A stretch of DNA of 63,493 nucleotides, filler included, from Reticulomyxa filosa (taxonomy: Eukaryota > Protista > Foraminifera): assembly GCA_000512085.1 (NCBI GenBank). It is 13 parts of 13 records of this genome, joined end to end, with 100 filler letters (N's around TTAATTAATTAA, not from the genome) between each part and the next. Parts side by side here need not be neighbours in the genome. Positions count along the whole stretch, not along the records: positions 12,587 to 26,082 come from ASPP01018898.1; positions 26,183 to 27,585 come from ASPP01049919.1; positions 27,686 to 35,779 come from ASPP01022967.1; positions 35,880 to 37,712 come from ASPP01025329.1; positions 37,813 to 42,647 come from ASPP01034275.1; 8 more parts are not named here. The stretch is one strand, 5' to 3'. The notes under the pieces were generated by a model. The model searched no databases, had not been told where the DNA came from, and worked only from the letters and a program-made list of their open reading frames with translations. The translations under genes were made by a program, and so were the position numbers. Shown one piece after another: positions 25,801 through 38,368 of this stretch; position 1 is the first letter of the stretch; each line of letters begins with the position of its first letter.

Positions 25801-27685
25801 TACAGTATATTGCAAAAAAACTGCCATACCTAAATGGCATGAATTATATGAAGAGAATCGATTTTCTCCACGAAAAATAAAAATTTAAACTAATTTTTTA
25901 AAATATATACTAATCTTGTAGTTTTTAAATATGAAATTTGTTTTATAATAAGTTTTTTCTATGTTGATCAAAAATATGATTTTTTAAATGATTTTTAAAA
26001 ATTTCGAAGAAGTTCATATAAATTGAACCTGTATTGAAAATAAGAAATTTTTAAATATTCAAGCCACGTAGATACTTTTTTTNNNNNNNNNNNNNNNNNN
26101 NNNNNNNNNNNNNNNNNNNNNNNNNNTTAATTAATTAANNNNNNNNNNNNNNNNNNNNNNNNNNNNNNNNNNNNNNNNNNNNAAAAATCATCCAGCTAAT
26201 GCTTACAACAACCAAATCTATTTATCTCAAGCAATACAATAAACTTTTTTTTTAGCCAGCCCCTCAGCTTAAACAAGACTCATTTGTAACTTTGATATGT
26301 ACTGGCATTTGAAACTTATTGGAAATGCTTGATGTAAATAAATTTAACATACCAAATTGGCAATGTTCAAAATGTATATTATTCAAAGATTTTTTAAACA
26401 AGTTAAAAAGGTCAAACAAACAACTTCCGTACTTTAACATTTCTTTTTTGCGATTCATGAAAAAAAAAAGAAAAATTTTTATAAGAATTTGGTTGGCTAA
26501 ATTTTACAAAAAAAATTTAAAAAGCTGAAAATAGGTTTATTTGTCGACACAAAAGAAAACAAGCTGTTTTAACCAAAAAGAGAAGCGTTTTGGAGTGATC
26601 CTTTTTTGTTGTAGTTGTCAAACGTTTTACTTTTATTTCGAATCATTCTTTTGAGATAATGTTGTTGTTTATTCACGCTTTGGGATAATGGGACACAATA
26701 AAGCAGGCTACAGTAGATCGGATCTAAACACGAGAACTTTGCTGTCCACCGTTTTCTCTGCTATTGACAATTGGGATTGCAAGAGTGCGCAATTTTTTCT
26801 TTTTTGCAAAAATAAATATCCAATACAAACTGAAGCTGTCTGGACTGTCTTTTTCTTGTGTCAAACTTCTGACATCAAAAAAATTATCAATTATTTATTA
26901 TTAAGATAAATTGTTTATTTATCAATAACAGTAGTAACTTTAATTAAAAAAGTGTTACACTGTTTCCGAAGTCATTATATCACTTGAAAGACATTTATTC
27001 CATTGAACTCTTGTTTAATCGAATGAACACTGAAATCATTTGTTCCAGATAGTATTGTATCCCCACCACATCAAACTCATTTCTCATATCTATTGAAAAA
27101 ATACAATTCCACAAACTTTTTGTATTCAATTGCTGAGTTTTCACTGCGTGATTTTAAAATTAAAAATAAAAACATATCAATTGTTGTTTTAACATTAGAT
27201 TGTAATTATTCATTTTTGACATTTCCTTACATATGATATTCAATTCATTAATTTGTTTTTTCGATGATTTTGCTTTGTAATACTTCCTTTCACAGACAAT
27301 CACAATTACAATCATCCAATTATCCTTGAAAGAGATTGAAATTATTTTAAAATAGGATTGATTTTCATAATCATAGTTTATATGAATTGTCAAAACTAAA
27401 TTCAATATATAGTTTATCCAACCTTTCAAACTTTAAAGCAAAGAATAAGAACAGCTCAAATGATCCACACGAACTGCTTTATTATTTGATCCACCCAATG
27501 CTAAATGATCCATACGTATAAAACATGGTTAAACTCTTTTGCTCAAATTGAATGAAGGACACTTTCAAAAATACTTTGAATTACANNNNNNNNNNNNNNN
27601 NNNNNNNNNNNNNNNNNNNNNNNNNNNNNTTAATTAATTAANNNNNNNNNNNNNNNNNNNNNNNNNNNNNNNNNNNNNNNNNNNN

Positions 27686-28368
27686 ATTGCATTGGAAGCG
27701 GAAATTGAAAAAGAGACGACGTTGGTGTATGATCAAATTTGCCCAACTCACTGAAGCGGCTTTGACTCCCGAAAACGTGTTGTTGACATTGATCCAAATT
27801 AAGCAAGTTCCACTCACTTTTTTTCTATCTCTATGCAACACTGCCCAAGAGATTGATTTTTACGCTGTTTTGTTTCTACCTCCCTCCATATCTAATCTTT
27901 TTTAATCTCTTTGCAAGAGACACTCCAGATTGGAAAATTCCATCTCCTTTCTGCAAAACGTATCGCCAGAAAAGAAGACTCGTGAAGCGTCGGTTCTCAG
28001 GCCACTGCTGACTCGGAAAAATTTTCAGGTTCATTGATCTTTTTTTTTTTTTTTGAGTCTTTATCTTTTTTAACAAAGAATAAATGCATGTTGTTTTTTT
28101 TTTTTGTAATGAAAAAAAAAAAAAAAAGTGGACGTGTGATCATGAGAAAAGATTTATACAGCCAACTCAAAAAATTTTCGGAGGTTGTAGATCGCACTGC
28201 ATTACATCCAGAATGGAGTCACATATTGAATCGCTTGCTGCGAGACTATAAAAGGTTCTTGTTTTGTTCATTTCGCTTACATTTCAGACAAAAACAAGCA
28301 AATAAATAAATAAAATGATAGAGCTAGCTTGGATTTGGAAGAAAAGGAGTTTGAAGAAAAATGAATAG
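27686..28368 (+). CDS. 3' exons of an unidentified gene (partial)
   Basis: Short GC-richer blocks (LTEAALTPENVLLTLIQIK; RKDLYSQLKKFSEVVDRTALHPEWSHILNRLLRDYK) separated by GT-AG AT-rich gaps. Confidence 0.4.
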
Positions 28369-28486
28369 GCAGAAAATGTATGTATACTCTTTGATTGAGA
28401 TGGATGAGTGATGAAGAAGTGTCAAGTGTTTGAAAATGATTTTTTTTTTAACAACATCTCAAAATTAAAGAGTTTATATGACATTG

Positions 28487-31400
28487 TCAGAATTTTCCAC
28501 CACGTTGTTCTACAAGTAATTTTTGTTGATATGTTAAACCTTCTGTATTTTTCCAAATACTATTCTTCATAAATAAACTAAAGTTTTGCATACCTACTCG
28601 CCAGATACATTTCATTTTACTACTCTCAGTTATTTCATTTATCTTACTATTTTCACAACCCCATAATCGTATTGTATTATCTCTTGAATACGATATCATT
28701 GTTGAATTATCTGGTGATAATTGTATACCTTCAATAGCTCCAGTATGTCCTTCTAATAATTGAATTTGTTGTCCTGAAGCTATATCCCATATTCGAATAG
28801 TATGATCGGATGAATAAGATATAATTTTTGAATAATCAGGTAAAAATTGCACACCAAGTACATCACCTGAATATCCCTCAAATACTCGAATTAGTTCTCC
28901 AGATAACACATCCCATAATTTCATTGTTGTATCTATCGAAGCAGATAATATTTTTGTATCATCTGGAGAAAATTTCATTCCATATTCTCTTGGGGAATGC
29001 CCTTTCAACAACAAAAGTTGTTTTCCAGATGATGTATCACATACATAAAGCATATAATCTGATGTGCAAAATACAATTTTTGATTCATCTGCTGAAATTC
29101 TAACACCACTTATAGAGACATTATCTCCTGATACATTCCATAATTGAAGTCGTTTTCCAGATAATACATCCCATAATCTAATTGTATTATCACCAGAATA
29201 AGATATAAGTTTGGAACCATTTGATGAAAATGTCACTCCACTTACATATTTTGAATGACCTTCTAACAATTGCACTTGTTTTCCAGATAATACATCCCAT
29301 ATTATAATTGTACCATTAGATGAATAAGATACAATTTTAGAATTATCAGGAGAAAATTGAATTTCATTGACTGGTTGCAAATGACCTTCTAATACATGAA
29401 GTTTTTTTCCAGATGATGCATCTAATATTTCAATTACACGATCATATGAACATGCAAGTTTAGACAGATCAAAGGAAAATCGTACATTAAACATATGGTC
29501 TATGTCCATTTCCAATGTTTGAATTAGTCTTCCTGATTGTACATCCCAAAATTGAATTTTTTTGTCTCTTGAACATGATACAATTTTGGAACCATTGAAT
29601 GAAAATTGTGCACATATTATAGTGCACAAGTGTTCATCTGTTAATTGAATTTTTCTTTCTAAAGCAGTATCCCATATTCGAATTATTCCATCTTTTGAAT
29701 ATGATAAAATTTTGGAATCTTTTGGAAAAAATTCCAAACTAGTCACCTGATCCGAATATCCTTCTATTATTTGAAGTTGTTTCCCGGATAATACATCCCA
29801 TATTCGAATTGTGGAATCATTTGAGCTAGATACAATTCTAGAACCATCAGGAGAAAACCTTGCTGCTGTTATATGCCATGTATGACCTTGTAATATTTGA
29901 ATTGGTTTTTCATTTAATAAATCCCATATTCGAATTATAGTATCCCATGAATATGACAATAACTTTGATTCATCTGGTGATAATTGTATCCCAACTATAT
30001 TTTGAGTGTGTGCTCCTTCCAACATTTGAATTTGTTGACCTGATAATACATCCCATATTCGAATGGTTCTATCCCATGAACATGATATAACTTTTGTTCC
30101 ATCGGATGTAATTTGCATTCCATCTATTTTTTCTAGATGTCCTTTCAATATATGAAGTTTCTCACCTGACAATGTATTGTGTATTTGAATTGTATTAGTT
30201 AAACATGCAGCGAATTTGGAACCATCAGGTAATAATTGTATTACTTTTGCACATTCTGAATATAATTCAATTATGTAGATTTGTTTTCCAGAGAATATAT
30301 CCCACAATCGAATTGTGCTGTCTTTTGAAGCGGATACAATCTTAGAGTCATCAGGTAATAATTGTATTGTTTCTATAGAAGCTGTATGCCCTTCCAATAT
30401 TTGAATTTGTTCACCTGATTCTATATTCCATATTCGAATTGTACTATCTGCTGAACATGACACAATTTTTGATTCATCAGAAAAAAAGTATGCAGCAGTT
30501 ACTGGTCGTTTATGTCCTTCTAATAATTGGATTTGTCTACTTGATAATATGTCCCATATACGAATATATTTCTCGTTTGACCATGATATGAGTGTTAATC
30601 CATCTTCTGAAAATCGAACACCCTTTACATTCTTTCCTTCTTCACCAAAGTATGCAAATTCTCCAAAGTAAATGTTATTCATCAGTGCATTTGTAAAATT
30701 TACTTTGTTTAAACATGTTTGATAAAAACTAACATTAGATAAATTAGCATTAGTAAAATTTGTTCCTTCAAAAAAAGCATGATCTAAAATTGCATGAGGA
30801 ATTTTGATATTATTCCAATTTCTATAATTCATGTTTATATTTGCTGAATTAAGTATTGTGATTGCATTTGCTGCTGCAATACTAACATTTTCATTATTTT
30901 TTGATGCTTCAATAATTCGAAATAATCTTGATTTTAAATTTGTATATATTGAATTTGTATCGTGAATTCTCTCAGCAATAAACTGAATAATCTCCAATTC
31001 TTCATTTAATAATTTAAAATTAATAGATAATTTTGCAATATCTACTTCAAATTGTTGTTGGAATTGTTGATTTGTAATATTACCAATAATATTTGGTTTC
31101 CATGAAATAATATCAAATATAATTTTTTGTGCTGCGTAATATTCTTGACATAATTTATGTAAAAATTGATATCTGTTATTACCAACTCTTCTTAATACAT
31201 ATTTAGCAATATTATCACCATCAAAATATTTTGCCCAAATATCTCTTTTATTTTCCATTAAAATATTCTCTATATCTTTTTTATTTTCATTTTCTATTTC
31301 TGGACCTAATTTACTTACAATTTCCTCTTCATTATTCTCAAATTCCGACTCAACTATAACCTGATTTCCTTCATAAAATATTTCAAAGCCTAAATCAAGA

Positions 31401-33965
31401 CAATATTGTTTTAGTGTAAATTTGATTTTATTGATATTCATTTGAATGCGTAATTCTGCCAATTTAGAAATAATATTTTGACAATGGATATCAATCCATT
31501 GATTAGTAAACACTTCATAAACTTGTGCTTTAGAAATCCTGCTTCCTATATCATATTGTTTTACCAATGATGGTAATACAGTTAAAATAAGTTGAAGGAG
31601 AAAAGGTTCTTCTATCATTTTTTGTAAATTTCGATAATTATTCAATGTTTCTTCATATTTTCGGGCTGTCCAGTCATCATTAGAATTATTGTTATTTTTA
31701 GATTTTATTTTTGCAAATTTTTCAATATAATAATGCATTTGTTGTTTTGTGAATGGCCATAAATATATCATTGATGTATTATTTCGATTTGTACCAATTA
31801 AATTAGTATTGATATCTTCATCATTTAATACATGACTTCGACAAGTAATAATTACTTTTGCATTCCATTGATTAAATTAAAACGGTTATAAAAATACTTA
31901 ACATTATTATTTTTATTATTTTTACTATATTTATCAAATATTTCATCAAAACCATCCATGATAAATACAAAAGATATTTTTTCACAAATTGCATTCATTA
32001 TTTCTTTATTAATATTTTTACTTTGTAATGTTTGTAAAATAATATCTTTTTCATTATTTTTGTTATAAACTTTAGGGAAAAAAATATAAACTGGCATTTC
32101 TTTTTTTGAATCTAACGTATAATTATTCCATAACATTTCTTCTAAATGACGACAAAATATGCTTTTTCCTGATCCTGATTTTCCTTGAATGGCCATTATT
32201 TTGTTTTCATTTTTCTTTTCTTCTTCTTTTCCTTTTTCTAGAAATTCAATCACATGTTGATAACCATCAAACGTATCGTTTTTTTCATTATCATCACCGT
32301 CTATATGTGGATAACGATTTGCTTGTAATGGAATATATGTTTCAAGTGCTTGTGAAATAGTTATATCTTCTTCCATTTCTTGCTTTCTTGATTCTTGTAA
32401 TAATAATGCAAAATCAGAACAACTTGCTGGATTTTTGTCTCCAATGATATATCTTTTATAATATTCATATAAAATTACATAAATAGCTTTTCCTTTTACT
32501 TTTTCTGGAGTGAAATTACAAAGTTGTTCATATACAAATTGTGCTATTTTTAATGATACAATACTATTGACTTCTAATTCACTTTTTTTTACCAATTGAG
32601 GTGCTTTCAATATCCCAATATCTAAATGTGATTTATAACGACCTACTAATTTTTGTATTCCTTTGTCATCAATCCATTCACAAATTACATCATTAATTTT
32701 AGTCAATGTTTCATCACTTGCTTGTTTTAAATCTTCTTCTTCTGGGTTATTAGGTTTCCATGCACGAATGTGTTCATAAAATAAATGACTTAATTTTGGA
32801 TTCTCTATTGAAGTGTATGCTGCCAATGTAGTATAATTTTTTAATGTTGCTTGCATTTCCACATATACATCATGTTTTGGAACATATAATTTAATATTAT
32901 GAAATCTATGATGTGTCTTTGATTGTCTTTCAAAAAAATTTTTATCTTCAGATACGATCAAATTAAATTGTTCCGCTTTCTTCATTACTGTCACTGCTGT
33001 TTGCAGTTTGATTTTGTTATCACACAAAATAGTAAATCTTCCAACATCAAATACTTGATTATAATCTCCTTTATAATCATGTTGAATCTTTTCCAATAAT
33101 CGCATACTATCTTTTACATTGGGTGGTTTTACAACTGTTATCAAATATTTTTGTAACTCAGACACTAAATTGATTATCTCATTGCTCATCATTGCTTTTT
33201 TACTTCGTGTAATTAAATCTTCCAAACTCGTTGCATGTTGTCTTATCTGTTCAGCTTTCAATTGATAAGATAATCCCGATTTAATTGGATAAAAACATTG
33301 ATAATGATTATCCTTCACAGAAGTTAAATTATTACTTGAACTGATGGAATGTTCTGAATTAAAAAGCATTGCCTTTACAATTGATGTGACAGTTGATTGT
33401 CTACAATCTGGACAACAATAGGATGTTTTATCCGCATGAAATGAGATATTCACAAAACCAAGACTCACCCATACCGGAAACTTTGCTTTTGAAGCTAAAC
33501 AATCTTGATTTGTACAATAACCTTGCAAATTAATCCCAGGATCAATGTGTCCAATCTCTGCCTTTTCATCTTCTTTTTGTAATTCTTCTGACTTCTGTTC
33601 CACTTCCATTGCGGTATTCTTCATGTTTGTATTTCCCAGTACAATAGAGTATGTATTGTTTGTGATAAAAAGAAAAAACATTCAACTTTATGTTCGATCT
33701 GTTCTGCAACATTTCGATTCATCAATGAATTTGTGATTTGTTCGATCACAACTGACATATTTCCGTCATTTTGTACGAGTTGTTTTCTCAACTCTTCTTC
33801 TTTAATCACGTCACCATATAATCTTATCAATGTTTTCATTTTTGCTTCATATTTCGCTGTTTTTAATTCGCTCTGCATACCTCCTATAAGTTTTATACGT
33901 TCGTTATAACTGTGGCTCAATGTTTTCGTATCAGCGTGAGCAAATACACGAAATATCTCTTGGGC
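28487..33965 (-). CDS. NLR-like STAND protein: CUE-like + Zn-ribbon + RelA/SpoT-like nucleotidyltransferase + NACHT + pentapeptide repeats + 16 WD40 repeats
   Basis: Walker A GKSGSGKS, Walker B FVFIMDGFDEI, VIITCRS, PFLL and YQFLHK..QEY motifs, pentapeptide tract AFFEGTNFTNANLSNVSF, and 16 countable WD40 units. One missing A at about 31872 joins ORFs 31852-33681 and 28487-31771. Further 5' exons may extend to about 34450. Confidence 0.9.
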
Positions 33966-35159
33966 CTAATCCAATAATATATTTCATATGTTCTTTTTGC
34001 TCAAAAACATGCACCTTTATCTAAACTTTAATAAATGAGCCGCTTTGCATTTTTGTTGAGACACGACTATTGATTTCAATATCGTCAGTATCGGGTGGTA
34101 GCACTGTTGGTTCACCGACAACTGTTTTTTTCGTTTACATATATATATAATTTTTCACTTCAAACAGTTATTTTTAGTTAAAAAAAAAGAGCTATATGTA
34201 TTGCAAACATGGTGGTGATGATTGCAAGTAGTAAATAAGATTGGGGTTTGCTCTTGAATTTAAAAAAGTTGTTCGCCGTATTCTTTTTCAAAAAAACTAT
34301 TGTGTATCGTCTGTATACAAGTTTTAATATAAAAGCGTTGACTATTTGTTATCTCCTTTAAATTAAAATTGTAAGTTTTTCATCGTTGCATACTTTTTTT
34401 TGATGAAACAAAATTAAATAATTACTTCATTGCTTGATGAGTAAGTCAATGACACAAAGATTATGTTCGCCACTCTTGTGTAAAAATATTTGAAATAATA
34501 TCATGTCCTTTATTGTTGCAATTATTTTAATGCGACTCTCTATTTGATAAATACTATTAAATTTTATAAATTGGCTGCTAAAAAGAAATGAATGCCCTTA
34601 AAATTTTAAGGATATTTGTTTTCTTCTTTTGCTTATGCGAATGGTAATCAACGTGCCAAATTGGTTTAATTGTAAAGCAGGATCAAGTACAAGAAGAAAA
34701 ACATAAATTTTGTTCATTAAAACATGAACAACAATTATAGCACAAGTGATATTTAAAAGACTGTAAATATTTAAAAATAAAGAGCCATTACAAAGATGCG
34801 GTGGTATTGAAACAAAAAACCATAAAAATGGAACAGAATTTCAAAAATAGCAAATGTGAAAAAAATTTGAAGAAATACAATATTGTATAACATTCAAAAT
34901 TACTTTGAACAAATGAAGTTTTGAGTTTTGAATGATAGGATGTCGTTAATATTTAATTTTTTACATGAGCTATTCAATATATTTTAAAACATAAGCAGCC
35001 ACGATTGAGTATTTACAGGTACATTTAATTACAATTTGTAAAATAAAAGTGAAACATGAGAAAGCAACATCTTTACTGTTAGTCTGAAAAAGGTGTCTCT
35101 TCTGAACTTTTTTTTTCCCAACAAAAAAAAACTTGAAATTATCATAATAATATTAAAAA

Positions 35160-35549
35160 ATGGTCGAGGCAGTTGTTACCTCAGTGCTTAATTCTGTACG
35201 TAAAATATCTCATCATATTATCTTTAACAAACTTGGCAAAAATAGCCAAGATGACGGCTGAACTTTAAAAAAACGACAATAAACGGGAATGTAATAGGTA
35301 TTGGGAACATATGTGAAAGAATTCGACAAATCAAATATTGATTTAAGTTTATGGCGAGGAGAAGCCAAATTAGCCAATGTGGAATTGAGACCAGATGCAT
35401 TAGATTTTCTGAACTTGCCATTGTCTATTCGATTGGGTTTTGTAGGGAAGATTGTAGTAGAAGCGGATTGGGCAAGATTATCATCAAAGCCCACACGAGT
35501 TGAATTGGAAGATTTGAGATTAGTGTGTGGTCCAAGATCAAAATTTAAA
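35160..35549 (+). CDS. VPS13: VPS13-family lipid-transfer protein, chorein-N domain (first two exons, 3'-truncated by contig end)
   Basis: MVEAVVTSVLNS|VLGTYVKEFDKSNIDLSLWRGEAKLANVELRPDALDFLNLPLSIRLGFVGKIVVEADWARLSSKPTRVELEDL is a classic chorein-N sequence. Intron at 35196-35297. Confidence 0.9.
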
Positions 35550-35879
35550 GTCAAAAAAAAAAAAAAAAAAAGCACAAAGCAAAATGTGACAATTGCATTG
35601 ATGTCATCATATTAATAATATGAAGATAGTTTTTGATAACTGTAATAAGTTGGTGATGACAGTAACAATAATGATAATAATGATGAAGATGTTGATCATT
35701 ATTGTTATTGTTATCACCTGTGTGTATGTGTGTGTATGTGTGTGTGTGTGTGTGTTTGCGTACATGAGTTTCTAATGTTNNNNNNNNNNNNNNNNNNNNN
35801 NNNNNNNNNNNNNNNNNNNNNNNTTAATTAATTAANNNNNNNNNNNNNNNNNNNNNNNNNNNNNNNNNNNNNNNNNNNN

Positions 35880-37712
35880 AGTTCAACCACATATTTGTCT
35901 CCTTCAGGAATGCTTCGGTCGGAGACATCAAGAAGAACATCAAGACATCAATTCCAGAATTTATATAATGAATTCTGGAGTGAAACAGGAAGAACAGGTA
36001 TCTTATGTCGTCGAGATCTCCATTCAACTCAAAGGATATTTGAAATCAAACAAGACAAATTCCAAAAATCAGGTTATGAGTCGTGTTGGATTGAAATTAG
36101 CATTCCAGGTGAAAGAAAATCGATAATGTTCTGCAGTTTTTATAGAAACACTCAAAAGATATCAACATACAGTCAAGATGAAGATGATCCACAATAGTTT
36201 GTTTTAATTTGGAAGAATTCGAAAAAGAATTGAAAGAAGCAAAAAAGATAACAGATTTTATTGTAATTGGTGGAGATTGGAATGCACACCATTCTGCTTG
36301 GCTAGACAAGAATATTGATGATATGGGTAAATCGTGATTGATTTTATCATTAACAACAATTACAAATAATGAATTCTAGTCCATTTGAGCATACCTATGA
36401 AAAAGATGGAGCTCAATCATCAATTGATATTCTTTGTGCTCTGGATCAATCTTAAGATGGTGCAATAATTGGAGGATAGACAATGATGAATTGGATTTAC
36501 ATTCAGATCATCTTCCAATCACATTCAATGTGTGGTGGAGCGATTCACTTCATAGGAAAAGAAAGCAAGTCCATCTAATGAAAGTATAGAAAATGCAGGA
36601 CTGAAGCAAATTACAAGAGATACAAGCGAGCAGCAATGCAATTAAAGAGAAAATGGGACATGAGAAACAAGAATATTTGATCAAGAGTATCGAATCATTG
36701 AATACAAGGAAATTATTTTCTCAATTCAAATCAATGAATTCGAACAGATTTCAATTATTCCTGCTTTGTTGGAATCGACAGGAAAGATTGCAAAGACAGA
36801 TAAAGAAAAAGCTGAAATGTTGGTATCGTGGTTCTCTCAGCCTCCACAACCACCAAGTTATTCTGAAGAAACAAAAGAACATTACCAATTAGTTGAAGAT
36901 GAAATTACAGCTTTGATTGATATGAACAAAGATGAAGAAATGAGTTGTTATCCGTTATGGGATGAGTATCAAATGGATATTACTGAAGAAGAAATAATTG
37001 AAGCATTGAGATATATTTCATCCCACAAGGCTCAAGGACCAGATAATATTCACAATCAAATGATCAAAAATGGTGGAAATTTTGAATTTGGAGTACCTCA
37101 GGGATCATCATTATGCTATTCCTATTATACATCAATGATCTAGCAAAGACAGTTGAAGATCCAATTCAATGTGGAATGTTTGCAAATGATGTTGCGCTGT
37201 GGACATCCATTTACACCAGATGAAAAAGAAATGAATGTCAATTAAATCAATTACAAAAGAGTTTGGACAATGTGAGTTTGTGGGCATCAAAATGGAAAAT
37301 GCTATTGGCTCCAGATAAGACACAATCGATCACGCTCAAGATGAAAAACAAAAAGAAATATCCAAAGACGAAATTAAAATTAGATTGTAGCAATATTGAA
37401 GAAGCAGATTATGTGAAATGATTGTGGATAAGCAAATTCCAACAACATATCAACTATGTTTATGGCAAAGCAGCAAAGAAACTTGGATATTTGTGTTCGT
37501 ACAAAGGGATTCGTCCAAATTTATCAGTGTATAATTTATTGTATACCACAGTTATTAGGCCATCCTTGTGCAGAATCCTTGGTGTTATGAAATCGACAGC
37601 GTACGACACAGTGAATGTAATCTCACAGACTCCACCATTGGAATTACGAAGACAAATGTATTCGATGGAGTAATAAATTTCCGGATCACAATTTGGCGAT
37701 GGCGTATCAATT
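35880..37712 (+). mobile_element. Degenerate non-LTR (LINE) retrotransposon, APE endonuclease + RT, internally deleted
   Basis: APE motifs LQE, GGDWNAHH, SSIDI and SDHLPI. RT motifs KAQGPDNIHN, GVPQGS, YIND, FAND (from FADD) and WASKWKM. Many frameshifts and stops. Confidence 0.9.
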
Positions 37713-37812
37713 NNNNNNNNNNNNNNNNNNNNNNNNNNNNNNNNNNNNNNNNNNNNTTAATTAATTAANNNNNNNNNNNNNNNNNNNNNNNNNNNNNNNN
37801 NNNNNNNNNNNN

Positions 37813-38368
37813 AAGAGATAATGAAAAATTTGATCTATTTTTGAATGAAGATGTTTGAAATAATGTAACACAATGATTTTTTTGTTCGTTTGTTTTTTTT
37901 ATAATAATATTTTCATGTTAACTACTTCTTCTATTCTTAAGTCAATAAAAGCAAATAACATTAACACTACAAATCTTGCATAATATATTTTTCTTTGTTT
38001 ATTCTATATGATCCAGTTGTTCGCAATAAAAAAAAAAATTTTAATTTAGTAGCTGGATTTGAAACTGCAATCTTATCAGTTCATGAGTCGCCATTTATAT
38101 TGGGCAACAGATAAGATTTTTTGAAATTATTATATTATAACAAATTATTATATGATATAAATGACTATCTTTATAATTTTTGTGCGAAAATTAAAATTTT
38201 ATTTGAAAAAATAAAAATGAAAGATTAAATATTTTTATCAAGTCGTTGGAAAAAAAATTAGAATATGCATAAAATGATATAGTAAAGTAAGGTAAATTTT
38301 TTTTTGTTTTTTGTGCTTATAAAAAAAAAGACAATGTAGTTAATGTTTTTTTTTTTACATAAATGTCT
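37813..38368 (+). repeat. About 560-bp direct segmental duplication, copy 1 (copy 2 at 40667-41245)
   Basis: Co-linear near-identity, e.g. AAGAGATAATGAA.AATTTGATCTATTTTTGAA, GATCCAGTTGTTCGCAATAAAA and TTTATCAAGTCGTTGGAAAAAAAATTAGAATA. Confidence 0.92.
38044..38113 (-). pseudogene. Degenerate tRNA-like sequence (more decayed copy)
   Basis: Paralogue of 40914-40984 with a mutated B-box (GTTTCAAATCC). Confidence 0.5.

Noticed and set aside
26950-27585. Possible WD40 pseudogene relic on the minus strand (LALGGSNNKAVRV; GGDTILSGTND)
   Set aside because: Too degraded to support a call by eye.
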